Source of the DNA: Rhodothermales bacterium
Lineage (GTDB): Bacteria; Bacteroidota; Rhodothermia; Rhodothermales; Bin80
Length of the DNA stretch: 64,000 nt
Reading direction: 5' to 3'
NCBI GenBank assembly: GCA_963663495.1
Contig: OY760427.1
Span: 5,119,690 to 5,183,689 of the forward strand
Made by a program: the position numbers and the translations under genes. Within the stretch, counting starts at the first letter, position 1. Every line of letters begins with the position of its first letter. The notes beneath the pieces are model-generated. The model had not been told where the DNA came from and did no database searches. It worked only from the letters and a program-made list of their open reading frames with translations. Below, piece after piece: positions 56,024-64,000 of the stretch.

Positions 56024-58117
56024 CTAACTTCCTAATATGGGTAGGTATACGGAGATGACAGCGCCGCCACGAAGTCCGTGCTCGATCGCCTCAACCGAGC
56101 CGCCAAAATCAAGCACAGCATCACGAACGATAGTTAAACCCAGTCCCGTCCCGTTCTTGCGCGTTGTTCTGCCAGGAAGCCATATATCAGATGTGTTTAT
56201 TCCACTGATTCCCGGTCCATTGTCGCTAATGGAAAGGCACCAGCGATCGTCTGCAATCCTGGTATTAATCTCTATGATCCGATGTTCAGTCGCTACGTCC
56301 TCGAATGCTGCCACACTGTTATTGATAAGATTTGCAATTATTGATTCCACGGCCGCATGCTGACCACGGAGAAAGGGATTACCGGAGGCAAGTGACTTAA
56401 TCAGGTGAACGTCAGCCCCTTGGAGAAACGGATGATAAGTGTGCAAAATGTCGTCCAAAACGCCGTGTAATTCGAGTCGAATATTCCTGCGCTTACCATG
56501 GTCCAGTAAACTCAGCGTAACACTACTCAAAACGGCGAGACTTTCCAGAGCCCTTTTAATTAGGTTGATCGGTTTTTGCAATTGGCTCTGGTAAAGTTCT
56601 CTACAAGTCCTTTGTGCGCGGCGTTCCAAAGCAGAAAGCGACTGCCAGATGACCTTGATGGGATTCGAGTTAGACTCGTGGGCAAACGTTGCAGCGGTAA
56701 TGCCCGCTGTACTAAGCGTGCGATACAACTGGACCTCTTTTTGGAGGGTGTTTACCTCCTCGTCGCGGAAGGATTCGTAGGAAGCAAAAGCACGCTGGAT
56801 GCCCGTTCGCATTTCTTCTGGAACTGCGGCCAGAGAATCGCCAAAACTCTGCTTAGCTTTTGATGACTCCTTTGGCGCAATTGCACGTCTTTCGCGACGG
56901 CGATGTTCTGCTGATCGTAGCCTACAACTCGCCATCCATTCCATGGCATCGGATGCAAAGATTCGCAAATCATTGAAGGCAACATTCTCAATAAAACCAG
57001 AGCGATCCGTCTTCTCAACAAGTTGGTTTTGCAGATTATGGACTTCGATTCGTCCAATCGAAGTGTTGGTTCCCGGCCGTTCTTCAGGACTCTTCACACG
57101 CCGCAAATTCATTCCAAGCCAATCATCGCGCGGGCCTCCGTAAGGGCTTACCCGCAGGCCGTTGCAGTATATGTGGACACCGCCGAATTCTTTAAGCCAT
57201 TTACGGACCTCGCCCACCGTTGACTGGCGCGTGGAAAACGTATCTTTATTGAGAATAAATACCCATAGGTCAAACGTAGCCGGTGGGCATTGGTAAACAG
57301 CCTTCGGACGGCGAGCAATATCGTCATGTTCTGCCTGAAAGAGGACTGCGCCCTTCCAGTCAACAATTTCTGCTCGGACCTCACCGCCTGCAAGCATTTC
57401 AGCATGAAGATGGTATTCGGCATCGTCGAAGTAACGGTTCCGGATCAATACTTCCAAGTCATTGAATTCAGGAGAGTGAAGTTCAGGGTAAAATCCTTGC
57501 GGGTTAGAGCTAAAAGGGTCGGCAAGTAGAATTAGCTCGCGCGCGAGACGCTTTACTTCATGGTAGCCATAACCTTCCCGCAGCTCCCTGATTTCAATCT
57601 TTGTCCCCAAATCTGCCCCATAGCCATTAGCGCGGGTCCAGATTTTCAGAGTAACGTCTTCAACTGTGGACGCATTGTCGAATCGGTCCCACTCAATCTG
57701 CAATTCGTGCAGGCTATCCTTTTCCTGCTTGGAAATCGTGGACAGAAGTGCGACTCGCCCCATTCGAAGAGCGGCCAGCCTACCCAAGCCCTTGCTCCCT
57801 GCGGGTGTACGGCCCAGTCGGGTCTGCTTTGTAGGACTCTTCGAAGATCGGCCCAAGACTAGCCAGCCATCTGTGATCTGCCCCGAGGTCATCCCGTAAC
57901 CGTTGTCTTGGACGATTATCGCGCCACCTGGTCGGCGAATATCTTGTAGCTTGATGCTGCATGTGGTTGCATCGGCATCATAGGCATTCTTGGCAAGCTC
58001 TAAGATGCCTTTGCTTAAAGTGGGATTCAGTTCCTCACCAAGTCTTTTTACTATTTCGGGAGCGAACCTAAGGCGCCCGTCTACTGAACGATAGTCGCTC
58101 ACGGCTTGTACCACCAA
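56024..58117 (-). CDS. Dual GHKL protein: N-terminal MORC/HATPase_c_3-like ATPase fused to a C-terminal histidine-kinase transmitter (DHp + CA)
   Basis: The N-terminal Bergerat fold shows ILELAKNAYDADA (N-box), VQDNGYGM (G1) and GSKGLGRLA (G2). An H-box-like TFAHESNSNP sits at H480. The C-terminal CA domain shows IANLINNSVAAF (N), SISDNGPGIS (G1) and GTGLGLTIV (G2). There is no TM segment. Confidence 0.7.
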   Translation of the reverse strand: MVVQAVSDYRSVDGRLRFAPEIVKRLGEELNPTLSKGILELAKNAYDADATTCSIKLQDIRRPGGAIIVQDNGYGMTSGQITDGWLVLGRSSKSPTKQTRLGRTPAGSKGLGRLAALRMGRVALLSTISKQEKDSLHELQIEWDRFDNASTVEDVTLKIWTRANGYGADLGTKIEIRELREGYGYHEVKRLARELILLADPFSSNPQGFYPELHSPEFNDLEVLIRNRYFDDAEYHLHAEMLAGGEVRAEIVDWKGAVLFQAEHDDIARRPKAVYQCPPATFDLWVFILNKDTFSTRQSTVGEVRKWLKEFGGVHIYCNGLRVSPYGGPRDDWLGMNLRRVKSPEERPGTNTSIGRIEVHNLQNQLVEKTDRSGFIENVAFNDLRIFASDAMEWMASCRLRSAEHRRRERRAIAPKESSKAKQSFGDSLAAVPEEMRTGIQRAFASYESFRDEEVNTLQKEVQLYRTLSTAGITAATFAHESNSNPIKVIWQSLSALERRAQRTCRELYQSQLQKPINLIKRALESLAVLSSVTLSLLDHGKRRNIRLELHGVLDDILHTYHPFLQGADVHLIKSLASGNPFLRGQHAAVESIIANLINNSVAAFEDVATEHRIIEINTRIADDRWCLSISDNGPGISGINTSDIWLPGRTTRKNGTGLGLTIVRDAVLDFGGSVEAIEHGLRGGAVISVYLPILGS

Positions 58118-59562
58118 GGCATTTCAGAAACTGCACTTGTGGTAAGGTGCCGACAACGTAGCCGCGCATTGAGCCACTTATCGCTCTTAGGGGAAGCTAG
58201 TCGAAGCATCAATTCACGGCAGGTGCGGGCAGTACCGTCATGGGGCAGTAGTGCGATCAAGTGGTTTTCAACCGCAACAGGTGTCTTGCCTAGAACTAAC
58301 GTGGCAACGGCTCGAGGGCCGCAGTCAGGTCTGGAAGTTCTCTTAACACAAACAAAGGGTGGACTGAAAAGCCGACCCTCAAACCGCCGGTAACTCGCAA
58401 TCGCGGAGTATTCAACCCAAGGAGCAAGTGTTCGGGCATTAACATAAGGTGCGAGCGGACCCGTTTCTGCGTGTCGGTGTGGGACAACTGGTCCCACACG
58501 GACCGCAAAACGTTTTCCAATACCATACGTAGGTTGGCGAGGGGGAGGTATTGAGTCGGACTTATCCTGATCCGAGTTCCTTTTAAAGTGGAGCAGATAA
58601 ATATCCACATCGGCTCGGTGATCGAATAACCCCAGCGATTTTTCGCTGATAATGGACCCCGATGCGTGCGTCTTATTGCGCCATTTCACGTACCGGCTTC
58701 CAGATCTAAGGACATCAGGCAGAAGTGCAACAATTCTTGTACCATCGGAGGCATCGCGGACGGCACGGTCAACGAACACAGCCGCACTGTTCACACGCCC
58801 CGAGGCCCACTCGCAATCGGCTGGTGCAGTGGTGTAGCCAAACGGCGGATTCATAATGACTACATCAACACATGGCATGGGCCGCAACGGAGCTAGGGAA
58901 TCGGCGACTTTTATGTGGGGAAATGGGGCAGAGGGCAGACTTGAGTCGAACGGAGGCTGGATTCCATGGCGCTTGGCGGCGAGTAGCGTTAGTCTCAACT
59001 TTGCTAACCGCACAAACTGGGCAGAAACATCAGAACCAGCCAGAAGCTTTCCCCATTCATGCAAGGTATCTCGAAAAGTGGACTGACGTGGTAATTGCTG
59101 TGCTGTAGCCAGCAAGAGATCGCCGGCGCCACACGCTGGATCGTAGATTCTTGGGGGAACTGACTTACCATTAATGGCAAGTTTTGCCATTTTCCTAGCC
59201 AGCTTGAACCCGGTGAAATAGGCTCCCTGCCGCTTGAGATCAATCTTCGGAACGTGTTCAAAAAGGACCTGATAAGGTTCGCCGTTAAGGCAATGCGCCA
59301 GCTTATTGAACCATTCCCTACTGTCAACTGACTCTCGCAATTGAACCAACTCGTGGATGGACTCTACGTACCGCGAAAATCCTTTCGAACAATCGCTAGC
59401 AATTCGGTGTTGATCTCTGGAATTCAATTGGGAATCGGTTTTACTTGCGTGCTCATAAAATCCCCATTCCTCAGTGTAGGAGAGCTGGCCAGAATTGCCG
59501 TATTTAATCCCAAGTCTAACGAACCTAGAGCTTTGATGCCTAGCTGATATCACAACCAACAT
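58099..59562 (-). CDS. Gamma-class N6-adenine DNA methyltransferase with fused C-terminal target-recognition region
   Basis: Motif I is IYDPACGAGDLLL (aa 139-151), upstream of motif IV VIMNPPFGY (aa 236-244). The C-terminal ~200 aa resemble TaqI/Eco57I-type TRDs. The stop overlaps the start of the kinase gene (GTGA or a 19-nt overlap). Confidence 0.8.
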   Translation of the reverse strand: MLVVISARHQSSRFVRLGIKYGNSGQLSYTEEWGFYEHASKTDSQLNSRDQHRIASDCSKGFSRYVESIHELVQLRESVDSREWFNKLAHCLNGEPYQVLFEHVPKIDLKRQGAYFTGFKLARKMAKLAINGKSVPPRIYDPACGAGDLLLATAQQLPRQSTFRDTLHEWGKLLAGSDVSAQFVRLAKLRLTLLAAKRHGIQPPFDSSLPSAPFPHIKVADSLAPLRPMPCVDVVIMNPPFGYTTAPADCEWASGRVNSAAVFVDRAVRDASDGTRIVALLPDVLRSGSRYVKWRNKTHASGSIISEKSLGLFDHRADVDIYLLHFKRNSDQDKSDSIPPPRQPTYGIGKRFAVRVGPVVPHRHAETGPLAPYVNARTLAPWVEYSAIASYRRFEGRLFSPPFVCVKRTSRPDCGPRAVATLVLGKTPVAVENHLIALLPHDGTARTCRELMLRLASPKSDKWLNARLRCRHLTTSAVSEMPWWYKP

Positions 59563-59608
59563 CGGGTTGGCAGAACCGATTCAAATCAGATCCTCCCAAT
59601 GCATCTAG

Positions 59609-59881
59609 TCAAGAGAATAGCTCAAAGTAGGCAAATGCGTACTTATCCCTCAAGACTGCCAACTTAGTTTTATTGTACGTGGCAGAGATCAGGCCGCAAC
59701 CCTTGGACGCTGAGCCATGACACTTAGTTGAGAGAGGAGCCGGATCTTTAATGCGCATGCGTAGATTCGCGCCGGGGGGCTTTTGGAGGATCAGTGCCTT
59801 ACCGTCAGAGATGTAGGTATTGCTTTGGGGGAGTACGTTGAGCAATGCGGCTTGCCCTGCCCTTTGCCCATAAATCATCAT
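59609..59881 (-). CDS. Hypothetical small protein (90 aa) upstream of the MTase operon
   Basis: ORF in the same orientation, 46 bp upstream of the MTase start, with lower-GC composition like the island. No motif recognised. Confidence 0.3.
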   Translation of the reverse strand: MMIYGQRAGQAALLNVLPQSNTYISDGKALILQKPPGANLRMRIKDPAPLSTKCHGSASKGCGLISATYNKTKLAVLRDKYAFAYFELFS

Positions 59882-60064
59882 AGCGATTCGATTTTGCGTC
59901 GGTTCTGGTCAACTCTCGCTGGCATAGCTGTCGGAATATCTCGGGTATCTCGGCCTAGCAGGTATGGGGTGTGACTTGAGGTGAATAATGCCATCCTCTC
60001 GTGCGGTTACGCGATCTCTACCTGCGCCGCTTCCCTTGGCGCTACATTGCCTACCTCCACGAAG

Positions 60065-60259
60065 CTAAGGCTGCAGTCTCATGGCGATATTTTCGCCTCC
60101 AGTATTCAACTGTCTGTACGAGATGCCGTGCTCTGCACAAAACGCCAACGCCGCTGCGGACTGAGTCCTTTCGTTATACCGCTCTACCAGCGGAAACATC
60201 TCTTCCGCCGTACGTTTGGGCTGTACCATGCGATCTGGTGTCTGGGTTTTCACGTCCAC
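60065..60259 (-). pseudogene. Remnant of an IS-associated helix-turn-helix accessory protein (IS66-family orf1-like)
   Basis: The peptide ...KRTAEEMFPLVERYNERTQSAAALAFCAEHGISYRQL... resembles the small HTH proteins encoded upstream of IS66-type transposases. It ends prematurely and no transposase gene follows. Confidence 0.3.
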
Positions 60260-60323
60260 GGGTAAGCTCCCCAGAACCCGTCACCTAATCAAGATGCAGT
60301 TCACCGCACGCTTACGCACGTTG

Positions 60324-60640
60324 TGTGGCCACCACGGCGGTGGCGCGTGAGCTGGTCGGCTTTCTTTGGGAAGCGCTGCACAAGCACACGGGCAGAGTCG
60401 TTGCCGACGGCAGCCTAATTTGTACCTTTCAATCAAATGATCTATGGAGAAGCGATCGGGGACGGTAAGGAGAATCCACGTCAGTCCCTTGCGATAGCTG
60501 GCTATATAGCCGGTGAGTGCGCGTCATCAGATAGTGGCAGCTCCCGTCGAAACCGAAATCATGCGTAATGATCCTTAGAGGCTTTGCACGCGAATACCAG
60601 ATTGATTAGCCGTCGAAGACGCCCGGTCGCTTTCCCATAG
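60324..60640 (+). pseudogene. 3' remnant of an IS110-family transposase (frameshifted)
   Basis: Frame 1 reads VATTAVARELVGFLWEALHK... A second frame reads ...GENPRQSLAIAG... A third reads ...HANTRLISRRRRP*. Together these recall the conserved C-terminal ARELAGFxW block and the ...ISLINRR tail of IS110-family proteins. The N-terminal catalytic part is absent. Confidence 0.4.
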
Positions 60641-60997
60641 GTCAAACCAATATTCTTCATGTAATCTTCACAAACATATCATCACATTGGGTCCTACTAT
60701 ACCGTCCTACTATACTAGGGACTAGGTGGCTTGGGATCGTGCAATGACGGAGTACTCACCATCCGATCCAGATTGGGGTTTCAAGTACGCAAATAGCTTG
60801 ACGCAAATCCCGGTACACTCTCGGTTGGCTGCGCCAGGGTAACGACAAGCCTTCCAAAAACAAGGACAGGGTAAGCGTGCGATTAATGCATTCTCCAGCT
60901 CCCTTGCTGTGGACCTTTTACCGATCGCATCCCATTATCCACCAAGCATGCGACCCGCGTTTCCCCACAATGGTGCGCTTACACGGTGCATACCAAG

Positions 60998-62290
60998 TCA
61001 GAATAGCGCGATCAGAAACGCCAAAAACGCCAGGAATAGCAAGACTCCTTCTGGCAACTTGATCCTCCGCGACCGAAATGCCGGCAGGAGGGCAAACGTG
61101 AGCGCCGCAGCAAAGATAAGTGTCTTCTGCGTAGTCGCATCCCCCACCGGAAGGGAGACAAACAGACCGCAACTGCCCATGATGAGGAATACGTCAAATA
61201 TGTTCGACTGCAGGATGTGACCTATTAGCAGCATATGTCGGCCACGACGCACGACCTTCGTTGCGACGACGATATCCGGGAGCGATGTGCCTACGGCAAT
61301 TGCCGAGGCAGCGAGCACACCAGAGTCGATCCCCAATTCTTCCGCCAGCACCAGCACCGTCTTGACAATTACGCTTCCGGACAGAAAGACAACCGCCAAA
61401 TTAATGCCCATCAAAAGGGTCAAGACCAATTTCGACTGATTGCGTAGCACTGTTGCGACGAATCGCGGGAACGGTACTGAACTGGGGTGACGTTTCCATG
61501 CCACAAACAAGGTTATCTGAAAAACCAATACTCCGACGAGGCTGAGAAGGAACAACGCCTTGGTGCTCGCGCTTTCAATAGGCGTAGCCTGCCAGAAGAC
61601 GGCAAAAAGCAGCACCACCGCCAGTGGACTACCAATAATCCTTGCAGCATCCGTGAACGGTATCCGCACCAACAATGACCGCCTTGTTGCAGCAGACGCC
61701 CCCTTCCCCGCTGCCTGCACCACATCTGCGGGTATCGGAGTGCTTGAAGATGGACTGGACCGCCGAAGTACCTCGTTAGCAATGAACGCAAGGTATCCAA
61801 CGATGAAAAGGATAGCGTCCGCGCGGGAAAAAACGCCGTCCATACACAACAACGCCGCCAACAGAGTGGAAAAGACGGCAAAGAAAAGAGGGGTACCAAG
61901 TGAATCGCTTTCTGCATTGTCCGCCCCCAGCTGTATAGCACCACCCGCGTACGGCCGCGCCAAAGAAAATAATTGCAGCTTGCCGTCTTTGGTTCGAACA
62001 AAGCAGTAAAGGCCGATGGCGGCCAGCCCCAATCCGGCTCCGATATTGGCGATAATTGTTCCAAATACTGTCGGAGCGACCAACTCGGGAGCTTCCTCTC
62101 CCACAGCAGCAATGGAAGTCATGAGCTCTGGCAGCGACGTACCGACCCCTACGATCAGGCTCCCGATAAAGTAATCCTTGAGATGCAGCTGCCTGCCAAG
62201 CGTACTTGCTACGTCTATCAGCTCATCCGAAGACTTGGATATAGCATAGACAGCCGCAGCCAACAGCAGGAGATAAAGGATGACGGCCAT
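60998..62290 (-). CDS. CaCA-family cation/Ca2+ exchanger membrane protein
   Basis: Two alpha-repeat signatures, VGVGTSLPELMTS and AVGTSLPDIVVAT. Polytopic membrane protein of 430 aa. Confidence 0.8.
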   Translation of the reverse strand: MAVILYLLLLAAAVYAISKSSDELIDVASTLGRQLHLKDYFIGSLIVGVGTSLPELMTSIAAVGEEAPELVAPTVFGTIIANIGAGLGLAAIGLYCFVRTKDGKLQLFSLARPYAGGAIQLGADNAESDSLGTPLFFAVFSTLLAALLCMDGVFSRADAILFIVGYLAFIANEVLRRSSPSSSTPIPADVVQAAGKGASAATRRSLLVRIPFTDAARIIGSPLAVVLLFAVFWQATPIESASTKALFLLSLVGVLVFQITLFVAWKRHPSSVPFPRFVATVLRNQSKLVLTLLMGINLAVVFLSGSVIVKTVLVLAEELGIDSGVLAASAIAVGTSLPDIVVATKVVRRGRHMLLIGHILQSNIFDVFLIMGSCGLFVSLPVGDATTQKTLIFAAALTFALLPAFRSRRIKLPEGVLLFLAFLAFLIALF

Positions 62291-62396
62291 ATGCGCTAAA
62301 CTGGTCTGACGTCTTCGCGTCTCGTGTTAACCGATACCCGAACGCTACGTCAACACAGATTAGGCGATTCCGTGCCCACGTAATCTCACGTCGTAG

Positions 62397-63152
62397 CTAC
62401 CGCCGCAGCAAAGTCTTGGTATAAGTCCGCCGCATACGTGCGATGCTGGAGATAGAAATGCCTTTCGGGCACACAGCTTCGCATTCGGTGTGATTGGAGC
62501 AATCGCCAAAGCCCTCGCGGGCCATCTGGTCTATCATTCCCCGTGCGCGCTCTCCCGATTCAACCGCGCCCTGCGGTAGCAACTCCAAATGGGCAATCTT
62601 TGCGGCGGTGAACAGAGAGGCAGAGGAATTGGGACACGCTGCTACACAAGCGCCGCAACCGATACATGCCGCATAATCCATCGCCTGGTCTGCATCCGCC
62701 TTGCGAATCAGGATCGCATTCGCATCGGGAGACCCTCCGGTAGAACTGCTGATATAACCCCCGGCAACAATTATCCTGTCAAAGGCACTGCGATCCACCA
62801 CCAAGTCTTTAACAATGGGGAAGGCCGCTGCCCTCCACGGTTCGACAACGATCATGTCACCATCACTAAACGATCGCATATGAAGCTGGCAAACGGCTGT
62901 CAGTCGTTCGGGGCCGTGAGCCACGCCCCCAACCATGATACCGCAAGACCCGCATATGCCCTCCCGGCAATCACTGTCAAATTCCACCGGATCTTCACCC
63001 CGCTCAATTAGCTGCTCATTGAGTACATCAAGGAGCTCCAGAAAAGACATATGCTGGCTGGCGTCCACCACCTTATAGTCAGCAAGTTTACCAGGTTGGT
63101 CCGGTCCAGATTGCCTCCAAATACGCAGGTGTATGGTCATACCTTGTGCCAC
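62397..63152 (-). CDS. sdhB: Succinate dehydrogenase / fumarate reductase iron-sulfur subunit
   Basis: Cys clusters [22 protein letters not shown] and CTECEAVCP. It lies directly downstream of the flavoprotein subunit gene. Confidence 0.9.
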   Translation of the reverse strand: MAQGMTIHLRIWRQSGPDQPGKLADYKVVDASQHMSFLELLDVLNEQLIERGEDPVEFDSDCREGICGSCGIMVGGVAHGPERLTAVCQLHMRSFSDGDMIVVEPWRAAAFPIVKDLVVDRSAFDRIIVAGGYISSSTGGSPDANAILIRKADADQAMDYAACIGCGACVAACPNSSASLFTAAKIAHLELLPQGAVESGERARGMIDQMAREGFGDCSNHTECEAVCPKGISISSIARMRRTYTKTLLRR

Positions 63153-63172
63153 ATCAATTGCCTACCGTCCGA

Positions 63173-64000
63173 TTACTTATAGCTGCGTGTCGAGAGTTGC
63201 ACTGACTCAAAAGATAGCAGCTCGTTGTGTTGAACCGGAGGATTTGCATCACCGGCATGCGCCCATGCTGTTACGTGCGCGTAGTCCGCATCATTCCGAA
63301 GGGCTTCACCTCCCTCCGTCTGGTATTCCTCACGGAAATGCCCTCCACAGGATTCCTCACGTTTCAAGGCATCAAGTGCCATGAGTTCTCCCAAGTCAAG
63401 GAAATCGGCCAAGCGCCCCGCAAACTCAAGATTCTTATTGTAGGTGTCGTTGGTTCCCGGTACACGGACATCCTGCCAAAACTCGTCACGTAGCCCTCGC
63501 ACATCGGAAACTGCGCGTTCCAAGCCGCTTGCAGTACGCGACATCCCAACGTGGTTCCACATTATGCGGCCAAGATCCCTATGAAAGGCAGTGACGGTCT
63601 TCCTGCCCTGCACTGCAAGTAGCCGACGCAATCGATCCGTAGCCGCTTCTTCGGCCTCCGCAAATGCTTCGTGGTCAGAACTCACACCCTTGTCGGGGGC
63701 TTCACGCGCGAGATAATTGCCGAGAGTAAAGGGAATAACAAAGTAACCGTCAGCTAGTCCCTGCATTAGGGCACTTGCCCCTAACCGGTTGGCCCCATGG
63801 TCGGAAAAATTTGCTTCTCCAAGAACGAACAGTCCAGGAATTGTGCTCTGCAGCTCATAGTCGACCCATAGCCCGCCCATTGTATAGTGTACAGCCGGAT
63901 AGATACGCATCGGCACATTAAACGGATTTTCACCGGTGATCCGTTCGTACATTTCGAACAAATTTCCATACCGTTCGGAGATGGATCGCCTCCCCAACCG
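63173..64000 (-). CDS. sdhA: Succinate dehydrogenase / fumarate reductase flavoprotein subunit, C-terminal part (gene continues beyond the window end)
   Basis: ...[10 protein letters not shown]..., [27 protein letters not shown] and ...[11 protein letters not shown]... The frame stays open to the window edge. Confidence 0.9.
   Translation of the reverse strand, partial: RLGRRSISERYGNLFEMYERITGENPFNVPMRIYPAVHYTMGGLWVDYELQSTIPGLFVLGEANFSDHGANRLGASALMQGLADGYFVIPFTLGNYLAREAPDKGVSSDHEAFAEAEEAATDRLRRLLAVQGRKTVTAFHRDLGRIMWNHVGMSRTASGLERAVSDVRGLRDEFWQDVRVPGTNDTYNKNLEFAGRLADFLDLGELMALDALKREESCGGHFREEYQTEGGEALRNDADYAHVTAWAHAGDANPPVQHNELLSFESVQLSTRSYK

Overview
This is a high-GC bacterial chromosome segment. 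Gene order and the acidic proteins suggest a Bacteroidota/Rhodothermota halophile, possibly Salinibacter-like; this is a low-confidence guess.

Contents from left to right:
1. The 3' end of one giant Calx-beta-repeat surface protein and all of a second (about 2,200 aa). Both end in an autotransporter-like beta-barrel, and an intact IS with perfect IRs and a TSD lies between them.
2. A complete dcw cluster (mraZ-rsmH-ftsL-ftsI-murE-mraY-murD-ftsW-murG-murC-ftsQ-ftsA-ftsZ) preceded by 10-bp-phased G-run boxes that look like MraZ operators. rpsT and an OmpA/PKD outer-membrane protein follow.
3. A 6-kb nested mobile-element composite (26850-32905) bounded by an 8-bp duplication. It holds an IS1595-family element, two DNA-methyltransferase gene fragments, an intact tnpB element and an IS1634-like insertion.
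4. Housekeeping genes: queG, lysS, a PPIase, a glycosyltransferase, and a dipeptide epimerase with its DUF1611 partner.
5. A decayed IS1380 copy and a second, decayed tnpB element that has TIRs and an 8-bp TSD.
6. glgP, a DPP-IV-like peptidase, a D-aminoacylase, an acyl-CoA carboxyltransferase and an MltD/LysM lytic transglycosylase.
7. A visibly lower-GC island (about 54.3-60.9 kb) carrying a tightly coupled operon: N6-adenine MTase, dual-GHKL histidine kinase, REC-domain protein and ComEC-type MBL hydrolase. IS debris sits next to it.
8. A CaCA exchanger, sdhB and a partial sdhA.

I found no rRNA, tRNA or CRISPR array.

The two items most worth follow-up are:
- the MTase/kinase/REC/MBL operon, a candidate methylation-linked defence system gated by a two-component relay;
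- tnpB carried inside TIR+TSD elements that share their ends with the IS1595-family transposon, rather than an IS200/IS605 context.
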